A DNA stretch of 64,000 nt from Guillardia theta CCMP2712 (taxonomy: Eukaryota; Protista; Cryptophyta), in assembly GCF_000315625.1 (NCBI RefSeq), contig NW_005434652.1, positions 762,833 to 826,832 of the forward strand, given 5' to 3'. The notes beneath the pieces are model-generated. The model was not told the origin of the DNA. It saw only the letters and a program-made list of their open reading frames with translations, and did not search any database. Shown piece after piece: positions 39,501 through 51,293 of the stretch (its first letter is position 1; every line of letters begins with the position of its first letter). Made by a program: the position numbers and the translations under genes.

Positions 39501-40076
39501 CTACTCGTGGGTTGCGGTCGCTCCTGAACAGATGCCTGCCGAGGAATTCATGTGTAGGACGATCTCTACACTTTGCATCTCAAACCTGATTCCTCTCATC
39601 TTCAACATGTTTGTGTATTTCTTGCCAACTCATGCCCTGACTTTCTACCCAGTGTTCTCCTGTCCGCTTCCTTGGGTCCCAGCGTGCTCTCTCGTAGGAA
39701 GTAGCATTTTGCATCATTCTTTTCCTGCGACGCCGCGTCATGGCTCACAAGTTGTTTCAGCAGAGCACCTCTTCTCCTTGCGGCGCTCAGTCTTGGAAGA
39801 CACGCCATGCCGTTGCAGGAGATGGTCGACCATGTTGTCGTCAATGTCTGGAATCTCTTCTGGCCGAACGTCCTTGAGCAACTCGGACAAGCCGCTTGAG
39901 CTGTCTGCTTCCATGGGGCGCTTCTTGATCTTAGGAGCTTGCACATACCTGAACTCCATCGGAGAGCCATTTCCCACACCATCTCCCAGCCCTCCCCTTA
40001 GCACCAACACCCTACCAACTCTTTCCTCTGAGACGAAGCAGGAGAAGCAACACACGATCACGAGACTTCGCAGCAT
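36514..40076 (-). CDS. SEL1-repeat protein with signal peptide + LRGG leader, multi-exon
   Basis: Leader MLRSLVIVCCFSCFVS..VLVLRGG. SEL1 motifs AKRGDAEACYTLGTYY, QFEVGRFYKEGIGVDANM..AVKYFKAA, SAYELAKIY, GISYLKIAAQGGHKAA. Stop at 36514. Confidence 0.65.
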
Positions 40077-40317
40077 GCTTCCATGCACGTCATGGCTCGC
40101 CAAGTCTGCCCCTTCCACCTTCTCCTTCCTCTGCAGCATATGCTGCCGTCAGGCTGGTCACACGATCCTGCATGGCCGGACGCATCCCATAGCCATGGGG
40201 CAGCACAGGATGCCAGGCCGACAAATAAGGGACAGCCAAAAGACAGCAAGAGTACGTGGAATGTCGGGGAGTTCCTTGGGAATGTCAAGGGAAAGAATGG
40301 GAGAGGGGGAGAGAAAG

Positions 40318-40700
40318 GCGGGAGGGAGGGAGCCAGAGAGGAGGGACGGAGGGAAGAAGGGAGCAAGGGAGGGAGCGAGCGAGGTAGCGAGGGAGCGAGG
40401 GAGCGAGGGAGCGAGGGAGCGAGGGAGCGAGGGAGCGAGGGAGCGAGGGAGCGAGGGAGCGAGGGAGCGAGGGAGCGAGGGAGCGAGGGAGGGAGCGAGG
40501 GAGCGAGGGAGCGAGGCAGCGAGGCAGCGAGGGAGCGAGGGAGCGAGGGAGCGAGGGAGCGAGGGAGCGAGCGAGCGAGGGAGGGAGGGAGAGAGGAGGG
40601 ACGGAGGGAAGAAGGGAGCGAGCGAGCGAGCGAGGGAGGGAGGGAGGGAGCGAGCGAGGGAGCGAGCGAGGGTGCGAGGGAGGGAGGGAGCGAGGGAGGG
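40318..40700 (+). repeat. Purine-rich tandem repeat (GAGCGAGG)n with a 29-bp direct repeat
   Basis: Many GAGCGAGG units; gagaggagggacggagggaagaagggagc occurs at ~40336 and ~40591. Confidence 0.9.
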
Positions 40701-40766
40701 ATTGGTGGAATTATCATGTGGAGAGTCTTGACGGCACAGATGTGACAGCAGTCCTTCGCGGGTATC

Positions 40767-43735
40767 ATGGTTTCGAAACTCATAGATCACTGGATGGCTG
40801 ACGCCTACAAAGGTGAAGGATCTCTATTCCGCTCACTTTCATGACGTGCGTGCAGCTGGCATTCGATTTGTTCACAAAGAAATACCAGAGCTATTATCCT
40901 TGACGGCAGAGTAATGAGTTGGAGATATGAGGGCGATTTTTGACAAGCTTTCTTGTCCGAACAGTTCGCTGCGGAATGCTCCCTTCCCTGATTCCTTCGC
41001 TTCATGGCAACGATTGAGTGTAGACGACAAGTTTCGTTTGGTGTGTCTCGCGATTGTCAAGGAGTCGAAATGGATTCACGGATTTGCAGGTTCCCATAAG
41101 CTGTGCTTTGCTCTACGTCATCTCGCTCCCATTCCTCCTTCTGTACAATGATTCACGGCAAACCCCCAAAGTGAGTCCACCACAGCTCGCACGATCGTAA
41201 CATTCGATCGAGTCTTCATGGACGTCTTGGTTGACCTGCCAACCGCAGGGCGCCAGTTGTCGCAAGGCAAGCTACTGGCTCACGAGATCCCTCTTATTGA
41301 AGTCGATGGGTGTGTGCTACCTCGCAGCTTTCCTGACGAGTGCCCTTCAAGCGAGAGCTCTCTTTGGTTCGAATGGTCTACAGCCGCTGACCTACTCCAA
41401 CCGGCCTCGGCCAAGCCCCCTATTCTGGTTCTTAGTGGAGAGCCCTTACGGTCCGCAGCTGCCGTTCCATGACTGGATGTTGGAAGCAGCCTGTTGGTCG
41501 GGAGTTCTGCTCTCCCTGCTGCTGGTCTTCTCAGTGTTGAACTCCTTCCTCCTTCCTCTCAGCTTGTGGCTGCTTTACTTGTCGATCGTCAACCTGGGAG
41601 GATGGGTGATGAACTACGGGTGGGAATGGCTGACACTAGAGGTAGGCTTCCTCTCAATCTTCCTGTGCCCCGTCTTCTCCCTTTCACCCTTCCCAAGGGG
41701 GTATCCTCCTCCCCGGCTCGTGCTCTGGCTCTTTCGGTGGTGCGCATTTCGGCTCATGATTGGCGCTGGCATGTCGAAGATCGGCTCTCGCTCCTCCGCC
41801 TGCTGGAAGGAGCTGACCTGTACCACCACTCATTACTTCACACAGCCGATGCCGAACCCTCTCGCATGGTTCGCTCATCAACTTCCTCTTGACGTGCACA
41901 AGATTGAAGTGTCTCTGACCTTCTTCGAGCAACTGATTCTTCCCTTTGGTATCCTTGTTCCGATCAGGGCTGTCAGATTGTTCACAGCAGTCGCTGAGCT
42001 GCTATTCCAAGTGGGGATTGTGAGCACAGGGAACTACGCCTGGATCAACTTCATTGGTGCTGTGCCGTGTCTGGCTCTCCTAGATGATCATTTCTTGTCC
42101 TTGTTCTTCCAGTCTCCTCCACACGAAGATCCTGGCGAGGACAAGGAGCGTCCTTCCGCTTCCAGGGGGTTCGTTGGTTTCCTCTCTGGCTTGCGAGCAT
42201 ATTGCAGGCTCGTACTGCATGTCTCCCTTGTACTTTTTATTGGTTATAAGTCAGCAGCCCCGCTCAAAGAGCTTTTCAGCCCTTCTCCCTGGCTCCATTT
42301 CTATGATGACTACTTCTTTGTGAATGCGCAGGGTGTCTTCGGATTCATCAATCAGCACAGGGTCAACCTTGTGTTATCCTACACTCATGACAAGATTCCC
42401 AAATCAATCGTCAAGAACAAAAGCAAAGGTTGTGTAGATCACCCTGGGGTCATTGCAAATGATCCTTCAGGTAGATCGCTCAGGTAAATTTCTCCGTTGC
42501 AAAGCCTCAATGCTGATCTAGGATGTATTGATGGAATAGTTGTTCGGATTTGACATTTCATTGCAACAACAATCAAGTGCGAAGTCTCTGCAAACAGACT
42601 TGCAATGCATGTTCAAGTTATGCTTCAAAAGATTTCGAAGGAGTCTCATGGAAGCCGTTGGAATTCAAGAATCTCCCAGGAAATCCACGCAAGATGCCAT
42701 GGTTCAATTCTCCTTATCATCACCGTCTAGATTGGGAGATTTGGATACACACAACAGGTCAGTGACTGTAAAGATCCGTCTAGTGTCTGTTGTCCACCCG
42801 GTGTCTGTAGTCCACCTAGTGTCTGTTAAGATCCGTCCAATCTCTGTGCATCTTGATCAAGCTGACTTTATGAGAAGCTTCCTTGGAGCATCCGGCACTC
42901 ATGGGGCAGAAGCTCGACGTCCCTCCATTCCTCCAGAAGTTGGTCAGTACTTCACTCTTGTAGTCAGCCGTTGACTGTTGTTGAGTCATGATCACAGGTA
43001 CAAAAGATCTTAGCTGGTGACTCTGATTCCGTTTCACTTGTTGGCACTCCATGGTCTGACTTGTTGCTTGTCGCCAACAATACGCGCAAGCGCTTAATGC
43101 CCCCTACTGCCATCAAAGCTCAATATTTCTTCTACACCTACACGTCCAACAGAGAGGACGGATCCTGGTGGAAACAGACTGCTATCAAAAACAACGATGA
43201 AATGTTTTGGATCGCCAAAACAGATCGATGGAAAGGAGGAACAATTGAGAGTTTGCCACATCGGAGTCGTATCCTTCTCTTCATTGTACTCTTCATTTTC
43301 ATGAAATTGTTTGAATTCGTTGAATCTTTTGGTCACTCGGTGAGTAATAGCAGTAATCCCAAGGAATGGGTGCGGGTCAGCACCTCTCAATTCCTAATGC
43401 AAGTGTTGAATGGGATAGGAGGATGGACAGTGTTTCTGCAAACTCTCTTGTTGGACTACCCAGCGCTCAGGGGCGAAGTGTGCAAGCTTCATTCTTCAAA
43501 CATCTTGGAGTTTGTCTTCGCCAAAGTTCTCTCTACGAATGCTCAAGCCAGTACACAGTACCAGTCTATTTTTGTGATTTCTTTGCTCCTTGGAATCGTC
43601 AATTCAGCGAATTGTTTTGAGGTCCTGGATACATTCAAGGCGATATGCATGAAAATCGGAGGTCTTGCCTTATGTTTTCTTCTAATCTTCACATCGTACG
43701 ATGCCTACAAAATATCTCAGAACCTGCAAGAGTAA
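40767..43735 (+). CDS. Lipase maturation factor (LMF1/LMF2 family) with inserted ShKT-like domain, multi-exon
   Basis: YLAAFLTS..LFGSNGLQP, GWEWLTLEVGFLSIFL, FRLMIGAGMSK, HYFTQPMPNPLAW, TGNYAWINF, PYHHRLDWEIW. Upstream exons splice in frame back to ATG 40767, possibly to 40195. Confidence 0.88.
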
Positions 43736-43791
43736 TATGCTCAAAGACTCAGCCATCAAGAATTAACATGTCTTTACTGATTGTTAACAGA

Positions 43792-46603
43792 TTATTTGTT
43801 CGGATCTTTGCCAGCTTTTTGCGACTTCATGACCTTGCTTTCAGACCCTTTTCCGCTCTTTCCATCGGCGCCTTCGAATTTTCCCACGATTTCGGAAACG
43901 AGCTTATGCGTATAGGCTCCAGTATTCTGACCTTGATTCTGTTTGTTTATTCTCCGAACATGTGTTTCTGGTGTCAGCTGCCAATCAACTTCGCTGCCTT
44001 GAATTTCAAAATACTTGTGATCTCCAATGCCAATAGATGGGGGGGTGTCCTTGAAATATTTCTCTCTCACAACAGTGTGGTCTTTGGGCGTCTGAAAAGC
44101 CGAGTTGGATCTGGGATAACATCGTGAGTCGCTGTAATTCTCTCCATCGGGACTTGAACACGTCATGAACTCGTTGGCCTGCTTCAGAGCAGCAAGAGCA
44201 GCTGCCTCTCGTTTCCGAGCCTCCTCAGCTGCAATCTCCTCCTCCATGCAAGTCTGCAAGACCTTTTGCAACTGTTGGTGGAGGTTCTCGCGCTCTCTCA
44301 ACCATTGATTCCTTTCTTCTTCGAATTGCACCTTCAACCCTTCAAATCCTCCCCCATCTTCCGCTGTACTAGCCCTATCTTTGTGGTCAGTACAGGAATC
44401 ACGAGTTTGGATCTGCAAAGCACCTGGCAGAACTTGAAACTCTCTGATTTTGTAGTTTTATCTTGTTCTCCAATTCGTATATCCGATTATCCTTTTCTTG
44501 CAACGCATCCTGTAAGCTGTAATGCAAATCAGCGGGTAATTCCTCACAACACAATTTGGAATACCTTAAGATGCGAATTTGCTCATTGACTTTGCTTGTA
44601 GGAGAATTAGCGTTTTCACTTTGAACCGAGCTGGACTCTTTTGAAGATATCTTTAACCTCTCCAAAGTCCTTGTGTATTCCTTTTCTCTCTGTTCGTGCT
44701 CCCTTATCGAGGTTTCGAATTCCAGTAAAAGATCATCCTTTTCTCTCACCTTCAAGAGGGCATCATCGAGCTTTTGTATTTTATCTGCAAGAGAGTTCTT
44801 CAGGTCCATGACAGATTCTTCTGCATTTTGTCGCTTCTTTCGTTCAACGTCAAAATCTTGTCTCAGACGTTCGAATTCCTTCTCTCTTCTTTCTGCTTGT
44901 TTCACACGAGTCATATCAGATTCATTATGCTGAGACAGAGATGACTTCAACTCTTCAAGAGCAATTTCAGTCTCTTGCCGTTTTCTGCTTTCTTTTTCAA
45001 GTTCGTCTACTATCTCGCTTTGCTTCCTTCTTTGTTGACGAAGCTCTTCATTCAATACTTTGATCTTCTCTTCAAGCTCCGAAGTTCTTTCTTTCTCTTG
45101 AGATAGATTATGACGAAGGCTATCAATTTCCATCGAAGTAACAACATTTTCACGAATCGTGCTCTTCATATTTTCTGTTGCAGCCTCGGCGTCTGCTTTT
45201 GCATTTTTCAAAGAATGCAAATATTCCTCCGACTTTGCTTCTTCTTCCTCAAGGCCCTTCTTTAGCTTTGCAATTTGTAGTTTTTTGACTTCCAATTCGT
45301 CTCTCAGAGCAATCATTTCTGACTTGAGGCTGTGATATCTTTCTTCGTTTGCTTCAGAATTCTCACTTTCGAACCGCTGACGAATATGCCTTTCCTCTTC
45401 TAGGTCAGCGCGGATTCTCTCTAATTCCTGATCCCTCCTTTCGTCTTCCATTGATCGTATTTTCTCTTCTTCAACCATTGCAAGCTTCATCATCTGGAGG
45501 TTCTTTTCAATCTGATTCTTAGATTCAGCGACCTCAGCTAATGCGTTGTGAAGCCGTTCATTGTCGTTCTGTAAGGAAAGGATTTGGTCTCTTGAATACG
45601 CTTCACTTTGCTGATTTTCGAGCTTTTCCATCAAGTCCCGACTTTTCTTTCTTTCAAGATCAAGTTCCGCTTGTATTCTTTTCAAATGCTTGCTTCTTTC
45701 CTCCTCTCGTATTTGATCAGCTTCAATATTTTTCGATAGCGTCTGCTTAACTTTTCTCAATAAATCTTCGGCTTCTTCCCTTCGTTCTTTCTCTTTTGAT
45801 AAAGATTTCCTTAGGCTCTCTACTTCGTTACATAACGTTTCTACTTCATTGCATAGGGTTTCATAGTCTTCTCTGTCATTCTCAACAGGTTCCTTGGAAC
45901 GATTCCGTAGAAATTCATGTTCGATTATTCGAGTTACATTTAGCAGTTCCTTGGTAAACAAAATTGTTTCTCTCAAAACGTGATGAACTGTGGGATTTTG
46001 CAGTGGATTCTTTTCTGTGTATTTGACCTGACTCACCTGAACTGTACTGGCTTTACTTTCTTCGGAATTCTTTCGCGATACTCCTGACCCTGCGACGTGC
46101 TGATCCCTGGAAAATGTATGTCCAATAGAGTTCTTTTTCGCGTCGAACTTTGAATCAGACTTGTCTTGTTTACTCCTTGACGCCTTAGAAGGGATTCGAC
46201 TTCGTGGTGTCACAATCACAGGATTTGTTTGAAATTTGGCTCTGTCAAACGGCGCTTTGTTTTCTGAGCTCGCAGAGGTCCACTTGAGAGTCTCGCTCTT
46301 TGGACGCAGGTCATGTTGAAGTTTGTCTTGTTTTTCAATCGAAGTGCCGAATAGATTCACAGGGTTTGCACGCGGAAAAATGTTCTGAGCTGTGTTGATC
46401 GCGTCTTCTTGCCATTTTAGCAATCCAGACCAGGGGCTGTCAGGAGCTGATATTATGCTTTGAAAGAAAGCCCCTGCACCTGAATTTCGATTCTCTGATT
46501 CTGCTCCAGCCTGTGCACTCAATGGTCTGCTGGTCTGCCGGCTAGGCGTGTTCCTTTCACCAAGACTTCTCTCATGAGGTTTGGACCCCAGCAGGAAACT
46601 CAT
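43792..46603 (-). CDS. Long coiled-coil protein of unknown function
   Basis: Long E/K/R-rich heptad ORF starting MSFLLGSK (46603), plus downstream exons. Confidence 0.7.
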
Positions 46604-47547
46604 GGCTGAGCTGCTTACCAAGGGAAGTGCAGCTATCACAAGCAAGAATCAACAGATGGTGGTATGTCTATGTTGACTAGCGATGCTTTTCAGGGCAGTT
46701 TTGCGGCCATGAAACATTCTGCAGGCCGCGCACTTCTGGCAGTGTCGGCCATGCAGCCTACAGTTACAGAAGGTGGGGGTTGACCAAAAAGGGCCTGGGG
46801 TGGTGATAGAGAAGTAGGGGTACGATTGTGGGAAGACTAGGGGTACCGCTCAGCCAGTTGCCCACTAGAACCTTTGATAAGTAAAATTTTAGCGAACAGT
46901 GTTTTAACTTAACTTCGAGAGTGTCCGGGTGTCCCGGTCCAGTGAATCCCGCCGAGTCTCAGTCTATTACGCCGCTGCTATCATACTCAGTGGCCGACCG
47001 TGCTCGAATCTCCTTCCAAAGTGCTTTTACTCATAGGTAAGTCAAAAATCAGTACGGTACGTCAGCCTGGGTGACGGAGCACACTGGCAAGTTTCAAGTT
47101 GCTCAAGACCGAGTTTAATATACACAAACTTGACCGTACCAGAATTGAGGAGCACATGAGAGATAGACTGTATGATAGGATGTAAAACCCAAGCACCCAG
47201 ACATGAGAGGACCTTAGCCTCGCAAGACGGCTAGGAAAGCCCCGCCGAGTCTTCAAGCCTTCGTCACAGGGGCGGGCCGGGGCCGGGGCCCGGCCAGTGG
47301 ACCGTAATCAGGACTGAGAGCACTGAGAGGAGGCTTCGGACCGTCCTGACACTGTCCGACCGCACAGGGCATACGGCGGTGGTCGGCCCGTCACTCCGGG
47401 CCACCGTAGTACCACCTAGTGCTAGTTCGATAGAAGCTGCGCGCGGCGCCGCCGCCAGTCACTGCCCGGCCCGGCGGGGCCCGGCCCGACCGGGCTGAGC
47501 TGCGGCAGTTACACTGACCGTTATGATGGGGGCCAACGAGAGCCGCA

Positions 47548-50500
47548 ATGAAGGCTTGGCGCCTGCTTTTGGCAGCGATCGTAGCCGCTGATTGGTCATG
47601 CCGGGCAGAGATTCTTGGACAGACAGCGAAAATGGCTTCCATATCATCAACGTACTCCCATTTTCAAAATGAGAAGAAGAAGTCTCGCTCTCTCTGCCAG
47701 CTTTCCCGCTTTTCGAGAATTCGTGGAGGATCCGGTCAAGACTGCCAGTCGGACGCGGGTGGTCTGCCAAGCATCTCGAATCAAGGACAGGGCGATGATA
47801 TTACAATCCAAGGTACTTGATGAAAGACATGTTATACACTATTGCGTGATGTGTGTGCTTTGCTAAGTACAAGGTAAAGCAGATAACCTTGACGCGGAAA
47901 ACTCCACCGCGCAGCTGCTTGAAAGACTTAAGCTGGAGAAAGATGAAGATGGCAAGCCACTCAGTAAGAATGAAATCAAAAGAAGATTGAAGGCTCATGA
48001 AAAAGAACTGAAGAAAATGTCACAAAACAAGATTCAAATTCCGAAGTCACAGGTCTAGTTGTACAAGCTTGGTCTACGATGTTTTGAAACACCTGAAGGA
48101 GAAGAAAGAGGATGACGAAGATCTTGACCCTACACGGTACTTTGAAAATCGCATCGTCTCGGTTAACAAGCTCAAGAACTCGGGTACACATTCTATGAGC
48201 CGGTTTTGAACTCAATGGAGGCGCAGGGTATCGTTTTCCACCAAGATATGACATCACAATGTCCCTGACGAACTTTCGAAAAAAATATGATGGGCAAGAA
48301 AAGCTACAATCATGCAAGAAGAACGGCTGAAATTTTGTTTTCTTGAAGGAATATAAATCCAGGAGATCAGATTAGCTCTGTTGAAGAAAGGGTCATTCTT
48401 CATGTTGTTAGACTGATGTGTCCTTCTGAGAGTGATAGCAGGTTGCTGGTAGAATAACACAGAAAAGACAACAGGTGTGCTCGTTGCTTTTTTGCTATCG
48501 ATGCTTTGATGGGCTGATATTCAACTTTGTTGCCAGGGGCGACTCATCTTTTATGATGTCCGCTCGGACGGAGAGAGGCTACAGGTGCGCTAAAGAGAGA
48601 AGTCTCCGCGAGTTGATGCGTGCATGGCAGATCATGGCGAGTAGTGCAAACTTCGAGAGCGAAGAACAATTTCGCGATCAGAATGAGATTTTGAGACGTG
48701 GAGACTTGATTGGAGTGGTTGGTCATCCGGTAGGAAAGATAATCTTTTCAGCTTTTGCGAATCGCAATCAATCCTTTATTTACAACGCTGTCTTAGGGAT
48801 GCTCTAAAAGCGGAGAACTTTCGATTATAGCAAGAGAGGCAAATCTTGATTGGAAGATTGTGGATGCTGAATATATTCTACATTTCAGCTCACCCTCTTA
48901 TCCCCTTGTCTCCGCATGCTTCCTAAGCATTCCTTGAAAGATCAAGAAACAAGGTCCGTGTGTCCTGTCAATCAATTTTTTGGGTGGCTTATTTGATCAC
49001 GCTTCAGATACAGACAAAGATACTTAGACCTCATCATGAACCCCAATGTAAGATTTTTCCAGATTGCTTCACTCAGGACGTTACCCGTGTACACAAGATT
49101 GATCCCCTTGCAATTTTTTGTTTATGAATAGTCGTTACTTGCAGGTTCGAGAGACTTTTGTTCTTAGAAGTTCGATCATTCAGGAGGAAATTTGGTCAAT
49201 TGAAATCTATTTTTTCGCTGAAAGCCTATGACAGGTTCGAGAGTATCTCATTCAAAGGAACTTTCTTGAAGTCGAAACTCCCATCTTGAATACAGTTCGT
49301 CAGTTATGTACCTTGTTGTCTTTCTGAGGTGAACTCAGGTGCCTGGAGGAGCCAATGCGAAACCTTTCATTACTCATCACAATGAGCTTGGAATGGATAT
49401 GTAAACTGAAGTCACATGTTCGCCTGATAACACAACTTGTGGTAGGTATCTACGAATTGCTCCAGAACTTTATCTTAAACAGCTTGTTGTGGTAACTCAT
49501 GCACTCGTACTTTTCTCCCCATGACATGATTTGAAGGGTGGACTGGATCGTGTATTTGAAATAGGCCGTTTGTTTCGAAACGAAGGCATTGACATGGTAA
49601 CTAAACACTGATACTTGTGCTGAACTCTACTTTTCCTGAAATATTTTCAAGACACATAATCCAGAATTCACTACTTGCGAATTTTACATGGCATATGCTG
49701 ACTATGAGGATCTTTTATGCATGGTGTAAATGTCTATTGCTATATTTTCTATCTCTGTGAGGCATGCAGCAGACCGAAGACATGCTTAGTAACATGGTGA
49801 AGAAACTAACTGGATCTTACATCGTTGTATACAACAACCAAGTGAGCAGATTTCTAGCAAGGCATGATGCGACGAGAGATTGAGTCATTTATGCAGACAA
49901 TCGATTTCACGCCACCTTTCAGGCGTGTGCAAATGATTCCAGCATTGGAAGAGGCTCTTGGAGTGAAGTTCAGTGAGGTAAGTGGTTCATCCAGAAGTTT
50001 TACAATTTTGTTCATCTTTGTCCCTAGGACTTGGAATCAAGCAACATGAATACAATACTCATGGTGACGCGACAATGCAAAATTTGTATGCTCTCATTGC
50101 AGTAAGACTTCCTAGGAACTTTGCAAAAAGCATGATGTTACTTGCCCACCGCCAACGACAAACGCACGATTGCTGGATAAGCTTGGTGCAAATATGTTTA
50201 CGCTTCAAACGTGCTCAAGTCACTGCACAGTTGGAGCTTTCGTGGAATCAAAATGTATCAATCCAACATTTGTGATGGACCATCCGATTATCATGTCGCC
50301 TCTTGCACGAAACCATCGCAATTGCTCAGGTTGTGTGGTTACAGACAAGATCTATGAGTTTGCTTACGTATTAGCAGGGTTGACTGAACGATTCGAACTG
50401 TTCATAAATGGAGTACCATATACTCAGTCCAGGATCTCTTAGTCTAACCATAGACACAGATGGAGTATTGTAACGCTTACTCTGAGTTGAATGACCCAGT

Positions 50501-50933
50501 CGAACAGGTTCCCATGTTTTGTTTGTACTCTGTTTGTCATCTTCGTTTCCAACCACTGATGTGAAATGGCAGAGGAAGCGATTTGAGCAGCAGGCGCTTT
50601 CACACGCCTCGGGAGATGCAGAAGCACAGGTTGTGTTACGATCAAACGACTGCTGACTTGAGTCCTGACACCTGCAAAAGTTGCTCGATGAAAATTTCTG
50701 CGTCGCTCTTGAGTGAGTTGGCTGCATGTCAAAAGAAGAAGTTGATGTCATGCTCTTGCAGGCACGGGTTGCCGCCAACTGCTGGATGGGGCTTGGGAAT
50801 CGATAGGTTGACCATGTTGCTCTCGAACAACAACAACATCAAGGAGGTTTGATCCCCACATCTTCACAGTTGAGAGCAGCTCAACCATGTTCGGCAGGTG
50901 CTTCTTTTTCCTGCCATGAAACCTCAAGACTAG
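47548..50933 (+). CDS. KARS: Lysyl-tRNA synthetase class II, eukaryotic cytosolic type, with N-terminal signal peptide; ~20 introns
   Basis: [94 protein letters not shown]. Confidence 0.95.
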
Positions 50934-51293
50934 CCATTACCCGTGGATCAGCAAACAGCTACTACTTGATACTCTAATCGTCCTCGACATGTGGCGGGTG
51001 ACTCGCTCGAGTTCCAACTCAGGTCCCCCCGGCCGGGCGGCGCCGAGTCGGACAAAATCAAATCCCGGGCAACTCCATGCACTTCTGAAATAGCTAGCCA
51101 ACCCTCCTCCAGTTTTATGAAGTACGGGTGGGTAGCTAAAAGTATGGGTGGCTCACACAAACACGGGTGCAAGACGAGAAAAATCCCAAAGCTGTAGAGT
51201 AAATACTAGGGGTCCGAAAAGATCGGTGTGGGTTCCCCTCTGCAGGAGATTAAATTATGGGGGTGGGGGTGGGTCATGCAAGGAGATATCACC

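Noticed and set aside
39340-40790. 463-, 241-, 220- and 210-aa ORFs with ARERGSEG / PSLPRSLA repeats
   Set aside because: Translations of the (GAGCGAGG)n repeat and of the SEL1 antisense strand.
42765-42840. Short 18-bp repeats (gtgtctgt..gtccacc) as a CRISPR-like array
   Set aside because: Three degenerate units without unique spacers inside an LMF intron; a minisatellite.
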